From Sphingobacteriales bacterium (GTDB lineage: Bacteria; Bacteroidota; Bacteroidia; UKL13-3): a stretch of DNA of 64,000 bases. Location of the stretch: positions 283,842 through 347,841 of the forward strand of contig JAJTFA010000001.1 of NCBI GenBank assembly GCA_021299635.1. The letters run 5' to 3'. The notes under the pieces were generated by a model, which had not been told where the DNA came from, did not search any database, and was given only the letters and a program-made list of their open reading frames with translations. Shown one piece after another: positions 18,605 to 30,298 of this stretch; the first letter of the stretch is position 1, and each line of letters opens with the position of its first letter. The position numbers and the translations under genes were made by a program.

Positions 18605-20107
18605 TTACCAGATGGTACTGCATTGGTTTAAAAAACGGAAGGATAGTTCCAAATCTTCATACAAGGCTCTATCTACTTTTATAAACGGAACTGTCTTCCT
18701 GTAATTTGCAACCAACTTTTCAAGATGAGGTGAGGTTTTATGTGGCCTTCTGAATTCCAGTGCTTGTGTGGCATTAAGCAGTTCAATTGCTAAAATACGT
18801 TGCACATTATTTAACACTTTATAGCATTTTGTTGCTGCATTGGCTCCCATACTTACATGATCTTCTTGTCCGTTGCTGCTCACAATACTGTCTACTGATG
18901 CGGGTGTGCACAATTGTTTATTCTGACTAACAATAGAAGCAGCTGTATATTGCGGTATCATTAAGCCTGAATTTAAACCTGGGTTCGAAACCAAAAATGC
19001 AGGCAATCCTCTTTGCCCTGATATGAGTTGATAGGTTCTGCGTTCTGAGATATTGCCCAACTCTGCGCAGGCTATGGCTAGATAGTCCAAACAAAGGGCC
19101 AATGGTTGGCCATGAAAGTTTCCACCGGAAAGAATTAAATCATGGTTGGGAAATACATTTGGATTATCGGTAACTGAATTGATTTCTATTAGCACTACCT
19201 GCTGCGCAAATTCAATGGTATCTTTACTTGCACCATGTACCTGTGGTATGCAACGAAATGCATACGGGTCCTGTACCTGTGTTTTGGGCTTTGCAGCTAT
19301 TTCACTATCTTGTAGGCAAGCCAGTATTTCTTGTGCTGTATGAACCTGTCCTTTGTGGTGTCTGATCATATGCAAAGCCGGATGAAAAGGGTCCAGTCGG
19401 CAATCAAATGCATCTAGTGATAAAGCAGCAATTTTATCCGCAAAAGCAGCAAGTTTATTAGCACGCATAACGCACCACAGTGCATACGCAGCCATAAATT
19501 GTGTGCCGTTTATTAATGCAAGACCTTCCTTTGATTTAAGTGCAATGGGTGTTAGTTGGTGCCGTTTTAGCAGCAGGTCGGCAGGAACTTTTTTCCATTC
19601 GCCTTCTTGGAGGTTCCACACTTCACCCAATCCAAGCAAGGGTAAACACAAGTGCGCCAGTGGAGCCAAATCTCCGCTTGCACCAAGAGAGCCTTGCTCA
19701 TATACCACAGGCAAAATATCTAGATTAAAAAAATCAACCAAACGCTCTACTGTTTGCAACTGAACCGCACTATGCCCATAGGCCAGTGATTGAATTTTAA
19801 GCAGCAGCATCAGTTTAACTATTTCTCTGGGAGAAGTATCACCGGTTCCGCAGGCATGTGAAAGCAACAAGTTTTTTTGTAATTGCTCCAAATCTTCTGC
19901 ACCAATTTTGGTGTGATGCAATGCCCCAAATCCTGTATTGATTCCATAAACGGGCTCACTGCTTGAGACCATTTTATCATCCAGATATTTGCGACAAGCA
20001 TTAATTTTTTCCTTAGCATCCGATGATAGGCGAATCTGTTTATTGTCTTTCAGGATATGTGCAATATCATGAAATGAAAGTTGATGGTGTATCTCAAAAG
20101 TGTTCAT
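18605..20107 (-). CDS. hutH: Histidine ammonia-lyase (MIO-dependent aromatic amino-acid lyase family)
   Basis: 500 aa; MIO-forming GSLGASGDLAPLAHL triad motif; selectivity switch reads Ser-His (LLSHACG) as in HAL rather than His-Leu (TAL) or Phe-Leu (PAL). Confidence 0.85.
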   Translation of the reverse strand: MNTFEIHHQLSFHDIAHILKDNKQIRLSSDAKEKINACRKYLDDKMVSSSEPVYGINTGFGALHHTKIGAEDLEQLQKNLLLSHACGTGDTSPREIVKLMLLLKIQSLAYGHSAVQLQTVERLVDFFNLDILPVVYEQGSLGASGDLAPLAHLCLPLLGLGEVWNLQEGEWKKVPADLLLKRHQLTPIALKSKEGLALINGTQFMAAYALWCVMRANKLAAFADKIAALSLDAFDCRLDPFHPALHMIRHHKGQVHTAQEILACLQDSEIAAKPKTQVQDPYAFRCIPQVHGASKDTIEFAQQVVLIEINSVTDNPNVFPNHDLILSGGNFHGQPLALCLDYLAIACAELGNISERRTYQLISGQRGLPAFLVSNPGLNSGLMIPQYTAASIVSQNKQLCTPASVDSIVSSNGQEDHVSMGANAATKCYKVLNNVQRILAIELLNATQALEFRRPHKTSPHLEKLVANYRKTVPFIKVDRALYEDLELSFRFLNQCSTIW

Positions 20108-20119
20108 ATAAGTAATGCC

Positions 20120-21559
20120 TCACACAAGGTGAGATTGGATATGTGTTATTATATCTGCCAAGCTTAGTTCTTGTTGTGTTCCCGCTGTTAAATTTTTCAA
20201 TACCGGTTTGCCTGATTTGATTTCATTTTCACCTATGATAACAGCAAATGGGATATTGAGCGCATTGGCATAGTCTAGTTGCTTGCCTATTTTTTTTACC
20301 ACATCCGGATATACTTCTGTGGCAATACCGGCCTGACGCATTTGAGCAGCCGCATTTATCGCATAGGCCTGACCTGATTTATCAAAATAGCAACATAAGA
20401 TACGGGTTGTGCTTGCTTGTAATGAATCTGGGAACAATGAGAGGTCTTCCATCACATCATAAATCCTGTCTAACCCAAATGAAATACCTACACCTGAAAC
20501 ATCCGGTAAACCAAATATGCCGGTGAGGTTATCATAACGACCACCGCCACCAATACTACTTTTAATAGAACCTGCAGTAGCAACCACTTCAAAAATGGCG
20601 CCTGTATAATAGGTCAAACCCCGGGCCAGTGAGAAGCAAGTTGATAGGTTTACAGGTTTATTGGGTAACGCAGCTATTGTATGGATGATGTGCTCTAGTT
20701 CTTCTATGCCCTTTAAGCCTTCGGCCGAATCCTTTAATTTTATTTTCAGTTCATCAAACTGCTGTTCTCCTTTGCTTTGAATAATTTCAAACAACAACTG
20801 AATTTCATTTTGGGTAAATCCATATTTGCTCAATTCATTTCTTACACCTTCATCACCCACTTTATCAAGCTTATCAATTGAAAGCGCAATTGCATTCATC
20901 TGATCTTTGCCTTTCACTACTTCTGCAATTCCTGTCAGCACTTTTCTGTTATTTAGTTTGATTTCGTAGGGAACAGCCAATGCTGTAAAAACTTCTGCAT
21001 AAATAAGAATTAAATCAATTTCATTTAACAAGCTATTGCTGCCAATCACATCTGCGTCACACTGCCAGAACTCACGGTAGCGACCTTTTTGTGGCCTATC
21101 AGCCCTCCATACAGGTTGCATTTGATATCTTCTGAAAGGAAAAGTAATTTCATTTCGGTTCATCACCACATACCTTGCAAATGGAACGGTAAGGTCATAA
21201 CGCAATCCTTTTTCAGCAAGAAATTTTATGGAGGCTTTAGCATCCAGGTCTTTTAATTTGCCACTGATGGAAGGAAGAAAAGTTCTATCCATGCTTTCAT
21301 CAGCCAGCATACGGTCAGTATAATCTTTCAGTTCTTTCAGGTAGTCACCAGAATTCAATATTCTAAACAATAACTGATCGCCCTCCTCACCATATTTGCC
21401 TTCAAGCGTAGAGAGATTCTCCATAGCAGGTGTTTCAATAGGCATGAAACCATATTTCTTGAAAACCAGTTCAATGGTTTGCAAAATATATTTTCTACGC
21501 TGCACCTGCAGTGCATTAAAATCACGAGTGCCTTTGGGCAAAGTTGGTTTGTGGCTCAT
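20120..21559 (-). CDS. hisS: Histidine--tRNA ligase (start at MSHKPTLPKGTRDF; ORF extends to 21589)
   Basis: class II aaRS motifs and HisRS-specific GTRD/ RYDLTVPFARY motifs. Confidence 0.9.
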   Translation of the reverse strand: MSHKPTLPKGTRDFNALQVQRRKYILQTIELVFKKYGFMPIETPAMENLSTLEGKYGEEGDQLLFRILNSGDYLKELKDYTDRMLADESMDRTFLPSISGKLKDLDAKASIKFLAEKGLRYDLTVPFARYVVMNRNEITFPFRRYQMQPVWRADRPQKGRYREFWQCDADVIGSNSLLNEIDLILIYAEVFTALAVPYEIKLNNRKVLTGIAEVVKGKDQMNAIALSIDKLDKVGDEGVRNELSKYGFTQNEIQLLFEIIQSKGEQQFDELKIKLKDSAEGLKGIEELEHIIHTIAALPNKPVNLSTCFSLARGLTYYTGAIFEVVATAGSIKSSIGGGGRYDNLTGIFGLPDVSGVGISFGLDRIYDVMEDLSLFPDSLQASTTRILCCYFDKSGQAYAINAAAQMRQAGIATEVYPDVVKKIGKQLDYANALNIPFAVIIGENEIKSGKPVLKNLTAGTQQELSLADIITHIQSHLV

Positions 21560-21743
21560 AATTATAGTCAGCGAAAATAGCATATTCATTTCACCTAATA
21601 GGAGTATTTTTAATAAAAATATTAGCTTTTATCTTGTTTAAGATGAGGTGTTTATTATATTTACCAAAACATATACCCGAGCAATTATGGCACATTTGGA
21701 TGTAGTTTCTAAACGCTGCTGTGTATACTTAAAACAGGATACC

Positions 21744-24149
21744 ATGAAACACTTTTTGTTATTTTTTTTATTGCAGTTAAATCTGCTTGTTTTTGCTCAA
21801 GGGGGTAAAGAACTGGGTGCAGGCAACGAGTTTAAACAGTTTGTTGCTGATCCTGCAAGCTTAGGCAATCAATCACTCGCATTTAATAAGAAGCAACATG
21901 GCTACTTTGCCTATGCGGCAATGCTTCCGGGTCAATCACCGCATACCCCTGGCCCCATTATTATTAAATGCGATACCGGAAACGGATGGTACGATTTAGC
22001 AGACCTATCCTATTTTGGAGCAGGTATTAAACCTATAGTAACCTTTGATAAGTTTGATACGTTACATATAGCATTTTATAACCAAACAGGTATTACTGTG
22101 CTCAAGCACCGAAATACCTATTGGGAGCGTATGGGCTTTCAGGATTTTCCGCTGGGTTCAAGCCAGGTTTCTGATATAGTTTTAAAATTTGACGCCAATA
22201 ATAAACCCTATATAGCAGGACTGACAGCTGACAGTTCCATTATTATAAAATCATACGATGGTTGGGATTGGTATACAGTGCATGCCTCCGGTAACCTGAA
22301 ATTACTGGGAAAAGACTTTGATTTAGGAATACCGGATGGTGATACAGCACTTTACATAGCAGGGTGTCAGAAAGGGTATAGCGGCTCCAGAGCAGCAACC
22401 ATACTGCGTATGCGTGCACCAGCCTATATTTGGGATACCGTGGCTAACGAGGTCTTTAAGGATACTTCTACAAATAATCCGGTTGATCAGATAGGATGTA
22501 AAATTATTTTTTCTAAGAATGGAAAACTTAATCTTTATCTGAGTTATGCTGATAGTAGTTCAAAAGTATTTTCAATCAATCAACTCTTGGAATGGAAAGA
22601 AGAGGCAAGCCTGCCAAAAAACTGCTCCAATTTCCAAATAGATAAAAATGGTAGATTTTATGCAATTCAAAATGAAGAGAATCAATTCTCACTCATTTCT
22701 ATACAAGATCAGGAATGGCAAAAATTGGGTCAATCTTCCTATCATCAATGGAGCCATGAATTTACTTATGCTTTTAATGATACAATTCCTTATCTGGTAT
22801 TACATAGGCCTCTCCTTAAGCCTGAAATGGTTAAGCTTTCTGGTGCGATCTGGGAAAGAGCAGGCGGAAGTACTGAGGGTAAAGTAGGATTTTCTGACTC
22901 TTCCGTATTTCACTTGAGCATTGCTATAAATCCTCTTATTAACTTTCCATATGCGGCATATACTGATCCTGCTGCTCAAATGAGAACGGTAGTAAAGGCA
23001 TGGAATGGCATTGAGTGGCAAACCATAGGAAGTGAAATTTCTTCTGGCCCTTCAAAGGATAACAAAATTACATTTGATAATGACGGTGTGCCGTATGTTG
23101 TTTTCTCTGATTCTGCTTTCGGATATAAAAATATAGTTAAGAAATACGATGGTACAGAGTGGGTAATGCTTGGAACCCATCCTATTTCAGAAAATGAGGC
23201 TTCAGGAAATCAACTAATCATGACCCTCAATAATAAACCGGCAGTAATTTATTCGGATGCTGGAATGGGCAATGCAATTGCATTGAAGTTTTTTGAATCC
23301 GGTAGTTGGCAACTTTTTGGAGGTAGTAATGTATCAACTGGTGCTGCATCAAAGCCTCAGATCGTTGCCGGTGATGCAGGTGAGTTTATTGTAGCTTATA
23401 TTGATGATACAGATAATAACAAGGTTAAGATAAAGAAGAGTAATGGTATTAGCTGGACGGATTTTTCATCTATGGAGGCTTCTAATGAAGCATTGATTGA
23501 TTTGGGGATGAAACGAAATACCACAGGTGATGTATTCATGATGATGGTTGATGAGCCAGGAAGGAAAATGACTATCAAGAAACTTGAAAACGGTGGAGGA
23601 GAATGGATTGATATGGGTGGTGCTAAAACAAAAGATTCCGTTGGCGGCTCGCCATCTATTGGTTTAGATAGGGTTGGTGCGCCCGTTGTGGCTTATCCAA
23701 ATCCTAAGGCTGGCAACAAACTATCAATAAGAAAATGGGAAGGTACAACATGGCAAAATGTTGGTGTAATGGGAATATCAGCGGGCAGTGTAAGGGATGT
23801 TAATATGGTTATTAACGATAAAAATGATGAAACGTTTGTCGGTTATTCTTCTGTTCAGGGTTTTGTTAGAAGTTTTAACAATACCAATGTAGGCAGTAAG
23901 AAGTTGTTTGCTCCAGACGAACGTTCTGCTTTAAAAGTATATCCAAATCCTGCTTCATCTCACTTTTTAATTTCAGCACCGATGCTGTTCACTCAAGATA
24001 TTGAGTTGTTTGATTTGCATGGCAAGTGTGTACTTAAAATAGCCGCTAAAGGAAAGCAAGAGTTGCTCATAAATAGTACTGGTCTCTCAAACGGTATGTA
24101 TTTACTTAAGAGTGGACTGCAAAGTTCAAGACTCGTTATTGTAAGGTAG
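21744..24149 (+). CDS. Secreted repeat protein with T9SS C-terminal sorting domain (start at MKHFLLFFLL signal peptide; ORF begins 21648)
   Basis: Signal peptide then ~8 repeats of a W-centred motif (xKxxNGxxWxxxG) suggesting beta-propeller; C-terminal ~80 aa Por/T9SS sorting domain (KVYPNPASSHFLI...LVIVR). Confidence 0.7.
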   Translation: MKHFLLFFLLQLNLLVFAQGGKELGAGNEFKQFVADPASLGNQSLAFNKKQHGYFAYAAMLPGQSPHTPGPIIIKCDTGNGWYDLADLSYFGAGIKPIVTFDKFDTLHIAFYNQTGITVLKHRNTYWERMGFQDFPLGSSQVSDIVLKFDANNKPYIAGLTADSSIIIKSYDGWDWYTVHASGNLKLLGKDFDLGIPDGDTALYIAGCQKGYSGSRAATILRMRAPAYIWDTVANEVFKDTSTNNPVDQIGCKIIFSKNGKLNLYLSYADSSSKVFSINQLLEWKEEASLPKNCSNFQIDKNGRFYAIQNEENQFSLISIQDQEWQKLGQSSYHQWSHEFTYAFNDTIPYLVLHRPLLKPEMVKLSGAIWERAGGSTEGKVGFSDSSVFHLSIAINPLINFPYAAYTDPAAQMRTVVKAWNGIEWQTIGSEISSGPSKDNKITFDNDGVPYVVFSDSAFGYKNIVKKYDGTEWVMLGTHPISENEASGNQLIMTLNNKPAVIYSDAGMGNAIALKFFESGSWQLFGGSNVSTGAASKPQIVAGDAGEFIVAYIDDTDNNKVKIKKSNGISWTDFSSMEASNEALIDLGMKRNTTGDVFMMMVDEPGRKMTIKKLENGGGEWIDMGGAKTKDSVGGSPSIGLDRVGAPVVAYPNPKAGNKLSIRKWEGTTWQNVGVMGISAGSVRDVNMVINDKNDETFVGYSSVQGFVRSFNNTNVGSKKLFAPDERSALKVYPNPASSHFLISAPMLFTQDIELFDLHGKCVLKIAAKGKQELLINSTGLSNGMYLLKSGLQSSRLVIVR

Positions 24150-25305
24150 ATTCCGAGATATCCAAGGCAGCATCGAGATAAACAAAGATATCTTCCGGCA
24201 ATTCATCTCCGGCTTTGGGCGCGCGTCTATGGCCATAGCGCACCACAATCAAGTTAAGTGAGGGTATGGCAAATACATATTGCCCCCTAATGCCTCGCAT
24301 ATAAAAAATGGGATGTCCTTTATGTTCCATCAGCCACCATTTAAATCCATATTTATTATTGGGCTTACCTTCTCTGTCAACCAGATTAGCCGGTATAACA
24401 GATTCCGCCACATAGGCTGAGTCAATAATCTGTTTACCATTCCATTTTCCATACTGCATCATAAGTTTTGCAAGCCTGGCAAAATCTCTGGCATTGGTAT
24501 ACCAGCAGCAACTAACTTTTTCCATTCCCTTATCATCTATGCTCCAGAAAGCAGTCTTTTCTGCGCCAATGGGTTTCCAAAGTTTTTCTGTGGCGTAGGC
24601 TGCAACGGTTTTACCTGTTACTTTTTTCAGTATCATGCCCAGTAGTTGGGTATCTCCACCCTTGTAATGCCAAACTTTTCCGGGCGCTGTTACCACATCT
24701 GCTTTAAGTGTAAGTGTGTTTACATCCGGTCCGTAATAAGACTCTGCAGGCCATGCAAGCGGACTTACATAATCTTCTTTGAAATCCAAACCGCTGCTCA
24801 TGGTAAGCAAATGTCTTATGGTAATCTTGCTTTTTTCACCTTCTGTAAACTCAGGTAAATAATTACCAACGGGTTCGTCTATGTTCTTTATTAATCCTTC
24901 TGTAACTGCGCATCCGATGAGCATACCTGTAATACTCTTAGCCATTGAAAAAGAGTTGGCCACACTTGCCGAATCATAGTTTTCCCAATATTGCTCATAA
25001 AGCAGGCTGTCGTTTTTTATAACAAGCAAAGCAACTGTTTGGTAATAATTTATCTTATCTGAAATGGCATTGTTTATAGTCGACTGATTATAGGAAGCGG
25101 CATAGGGCCAGGGTTGTGCAGAATCAGCTTTAACTTCATTAAAAGGAAATGCATTCACCTCATCAATATCAGGACTCATTTTACCGCTAAAAATGGTCAG
25201 TGCTAAAACCTTGTTTACATAGGTATTACCCGTGGCAAGCAGCGCTATTTCAAGCAACAAAATAATAAGGATAAGGCTAATGCCAATTCGTTTGAGTATC
25301 TTCAT
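24136..25305 (-). CDS. Serine hydrolase, beta-lactamase/penicillin-binding-protein-like family
   Basis: 389 aa; N-terminal signal anchor, SxxK active-site motif (SMAKS) and YxN-like region. Confidence 0.75.
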   Translation of the reverse strand: MKILKRIGISLILIILLLEIALLATGNTYVNKVLALTIFSGKMSPDIDEVNAFPFNEVKADSAQPWPYAASYNQSTINNAISDKINYYQTVALLVIKNDSLLYEQYWENYDSASVANSFSMAKSITGMLIGCAVTEGLIKNIDEPVGNYLPEFTEGEKSKITIRHLLTMSSGLDFKEDYVSPLAWPAESYYGPDVNTLTLKADVVTAPGKVWHYKGGDTQLLGMILKKVTGKTVAAYATEKLWKPIGAEKTAFWSIDDKGMEKVSCCWYTNARDFARLAKLMMQYGKWNGKQIIDSAYVAESVIPANLVDREGKPNNKYGFKWWLMEHKGHPIFYMRGIRGQYVFAIPSLNLIVVRYGHRRAPKAGDELPEDIFVYLDAALDISESTLQ

Positions 25306-25398
25306 ACCTACAACATTAGTAAAATTTCAATACAGATAGATGTAAAATAAAAAAGCCTGAACCGATTCGATTCAGGCTTTTTTTGTATCTGTTTAAGA

Positions 25399-27341
<1,943 letters not shown>

Positions 27342-27705
27342 AATTGTTATGTTGTTTTATGTGTTTTTAGGTTGTTAAATATGCGATGTCGCTATCAGAA
27401 CTTATGCCAACAGGAAAATGCTGACACTTTTTCGCAGGGGCGGCAAACATAAGCCGAAAAATTGGCAAATAAGGCTGACAAAATAGATTTTTTCGAGGAT
27501 TTATTAGTAACGGAGCATAAACGCATGTAGCTAAGGCTTTGGCAGATTAATTACTTCTTATTGATTTATGTTATTTTGAATCTTAAAAACCACATTTTCA
27601 AATAAATAAGTTAAAAATGATTGTGTTGATAGTCCATTCCAATCAGATCAATTGGCCTACTTAAATAGTTGAAGCATACTTCAAGGTCTGCGCATATGAT
27701 ATGCT

Positions 27706-28428
27706 ATGAAGCATTATATTGGATCAACATTTTACTGGTGCATGACTAAACGAATTCTGATTACCGGACACAGCAAAGGCATAGGTGCTGCCCTTACCCA
27801 ACAATTATTGGAACAAGGATATGAGGTGCTGGGTATTGCCCGAACACAAACGCCTGCACATTCACAACTCACGCAATGGGCTTATGATTTAAGCAAGCAG
27901 GATGAGGTGATGAAAGTATGTGAACGATTGAGTAATGAGAAATTAGATGTAGCGGTGCTCAATGCCGGTTGGAATGATATCAGACCTGCCGAGGCATATA
28001 CCACAGAAGAAATATTTCAAATTACCACACTTAATTTTGCAGCGCATGCAGCCATTATCCGTGCCACCATTCCTGCATTGTTGCAAACAAGCGGCTGGTT
28101 AATGGGTGTAAGTAGTTTTTCTGCAATGGAGGTAGCAAGGTGGAATAATTATTATGGTGCAGCCAAAGCTGCTTTGCAACATTTGCTGCAAAATATTTTT
28201 GAGCAATACCGCAAGCAAGGATTAAGGGTAACTACGATTGTTCCTGATATAACGCAAACAGATTTTTATAAGCACCAACAATTTGAGCCAACAGATGCTG
28301 CAGAAACATTTTTAAAACCAGAAGTGGTGGCCCAAGTTATTTCAGGTTTCATCATCAATGAACCGGCTTATGTACCTTCTCAGGTAGTGCTGCGACCGCA
28401 ACGGTTTGAGCTGAGAAGGAAGGAATAA
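27706..28428 (+). CDS. SDR-family oxidoreductase (probable start 27742 MTKRILITG)
   Basis: TGHSKGIGAAL Rossmann motif, NAG motif and YxxxK (YYGAAKAAL) catalytic motif. Confidence 0.8.
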   Translation: MKHYIGSTFYWCMTKRILITGHSKGIGAALTQQLLEQGYEVLGIARTQTPAHSQLTQWAYDLSKQDEVMKVCERLSNEKLDVAVLNAGWNDIRPAEAYTTEEIFQITTLNFAAHAAIIRATIPALLQTSGWLMGVSSFSAMEVARWNNYYGAAKAALQHLLQNIFEQYRKQGLRVTTIVPDITQTDFYKHQQFEPTDAAETFLKPEVVAQVISGFIINEPAYVPSQVVLRPQRFELRRKE

Positions 28429-28473
28429 AAAAAGGTGCCACAAAGCACCTTTTTCTATGTATGTATGATGGTA

Positions 28474-29745
28474 TTAATTAATCACCTCAAAACCGGTATA
28501 AGGCACCAGGGCTTTAGGAATGATGATGCCATTGGGTGTTTGGTTGTTTTCAAGCAAGGTGGCCACAATACGTGGCAAGGCCAAAGCACTGCCATTTAAG
28601 GTATGCACCAGTTGGTTTTTGCCTTCTTTGTTTTTAAAGCGGCATTTTAAACGGTTGGCTTGAAAACTTTCAAAGTTAGAAGTGGAGCTTACTTCCAGCC
28701 AGCGTTGTTGTGCAGCACTGTAGGTTTCAAAATCATAGGTAAGGGCAGAGGTAAAGCCCATATCGCCACCACATAAACGCAAGATGCGAAAAGGCAATTC
28801 CAGTTTGGTTAGCAAGCCTTTTACATGCTCCACCATTTCATCTAATATGCGGTAAGAGTGCTCGGGGTGTGCAATTTGCACAATCTCTACTTTTTCAAAC
28901 TGGTGCAGGCGGTTTAGGCCGCGCACGTGTGCACCCCAACTTCCGGCCTCTCTTCTAAAACAAGGTGAGTAGGCTACATTTTTAATAGGCAACTCTTCTT
29001 CCTTTAAAATTACATCACGGTAAATATTGGTAACCGGTACTTCGGCTGTAGGTATCAAATATAAATCATCTACTTGTGCATGGTACATTTGCCCTTCTTT
29101 ATCGGGCAACTGGCCTGTTCCAAATCCGCTATCGGCATTCACCAGGTAAGGCGGAACAATTTCAGTATATCCTGCTTTCAGTGCTTCATCTAAGAAAAAG
29201 TTAACCAAAGCACGTTGCAAACGTGCGCCTTTGCCTTTGTATACAGGAAATCCGGCACCGGTAATTTTGGTGCCCAGTTCAAAATCTATTAAATCATATT
29301 TGGTAATTAAATCCCAATGCGGCAACGCTCCTTCCGGCATGGCTATGGCGTTTCCTTGCTCAAATATGTTTACATTCTCCTCAGCGGTGCTGCCTTCCGG
29401 CACGGTGGCATGTGGTGTGTTGGGAAGCGTAACTAGTGTATTGAATAATTGATCTTCCGAGATTTTTAATCTTTCTTCCAGTTGCTTGCTCTGTTCTTTA
29501 AGTGCGGCTGTTTTACTTTTCAGTTCTTCCGCTTCGGCCTTTTGTCCGCCCTTCATCAGCTCCCCAATTTTTTTAGCCAACTGGTTGGCTTCAGAAAGGT
29601 TGGCTTCCAGGGTTTGCTTAATCTTGCGTGTTTCTTCATCCAGTTTTAAAACCTCATCCACCACCGCAGCAAACTTTGGGTTGCGTTTGTTCAGTCGTTG
29701 TTTTATTTCTGTTGTGTTTTCTCTTATTTGTTGAATCTGTAGCAT
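28474..29745 (-). CDS. serS: Serine--tRNA ligase
   Basis: 423 aa; N-terminal coiled-coil arm and class II core (FRREAGS.., GSALALPRIVATLLENNQ). Confidence 0.93.
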   Translation of the reverse strand: MLQIQQIRENTTEIKQRLNKRNPKFAAVVDEVLKLDEETRKIKQTLEANLSEANQLAKKIGELMKGGQKAEAEELKSKTAALKEQSKQLEERLKISEDQLFNTLVTLPNTPHATVPEGSTAEENVNIFEQGNAIAMPEGALPHWDLITKYDLIDFELGTKITGAGFPVYKGKGARLQRALVNFFLDEALKAGYTEIVPPYLVNADSGFGTGQLPDKEGQMYHAQVDDLYLIPTAEVPVTNIYRDVILKEEELPIKNVAYSPCFRREAGSWGAHVRGLNRLHQFEKVEIVQIAHPEHSYRILDEMVEHVKGLLTKLELPFRILRLCGGDMGFTSALTYDFETYSAAQQRWLEVSSTSNFESFQANRLKCRFKNKEGKNQLVHTLNGSALALPRIVATLLENNQTPNGIIIPKALVPYTGFEVIN

Positions 29746-29761
29746 CTGGACTTACTTAATT

Positions 29762-30196
29762 TTATTCGTTCACTGTAATCTTCAAAATCTTATCACCTTG
29801 TCTTATCTGGTCAATTACCTCCACACCACCTACTACTTTGCCAAAGCAGGTATGATTTCTATCCAGGTGTTGGGTGTTTTGTCTGTTATGGCATATAAAA
29901 AATTGTGAACCACCGGTATCGCGGCCTCTGTGGGCCATAGAAAGTACCCCCTTATCATGGTATTGGTTACCACCGGTAAGTTCGCACTTAATGCTGTATC
30001 CCGGTCCGCCTGCACCTGTTCCGGTTGGGTCGCCACCTTGCACCACAAAGTCAGGAATTACGCGGTGAAAAGTGGTATTATCATAATAACCACTCTTGGC
30101 CAGTTTGCAAAAATTTTCAACGGTGTTTGGCGCATCCGTTTCATAAAAATCTACATGCATTACACCTTTATCGGTGTGTATTTCAGCTGTTCTCAT
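29762..30196 (-). CDS. Peptidyl-prolyl cis-trans isomerase, cyclophilin type (start at MRTAEIHT; ORF extends to 30250)
   Basis: FHRVIPDFVVQGGDP, MAHRGRDTGGSQFFI cyclophilin motifs. Confidence 0.88.
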   Translation of the reverse strand: MRTAEIHTDKGVMHVDFYETDAPNTVENFCKLAKSGYYDNTTFHRVIPDFVVQGGDPTGTGAGGPGYSIKCELTGGNQYHDKGVLSMAHRGRDTGGSQFFICHNRQNTQHLDRNHTCFGKVVGGVEVIDQIRQGDKILKITVNE

Positions 30197-30298
30197 AAGT
30201 AAGTAAATAGGCTTCGAAAATAAGTAAATACAACTGGTTTTGCCCAACATTTTAAGAATTCAATTATTCAGTTAAATTGCACCCAAATTAAATAACCA

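Noticed and set aside
18605-20107. Tyrosine ammonia-lyase for flexirubin/aryl-polyene starter synthesis
   Set aside because: The substrate-selectivity switch reads Ser-His (LLSHACG) as in histidine ammonia-lyases, not His-Leu. The gene is called hutH.
27342-27705. Searched the groES upstream region for a CIRCE (TTAGCACTC-N9-GAGTGCTAA) heat-shock operator
   Set aside because: No CIRCE-like inverted repeat is visible, and Bacteroidota generally lack HrcA/CIRCE control of groESL. No regulatory site is claimed.
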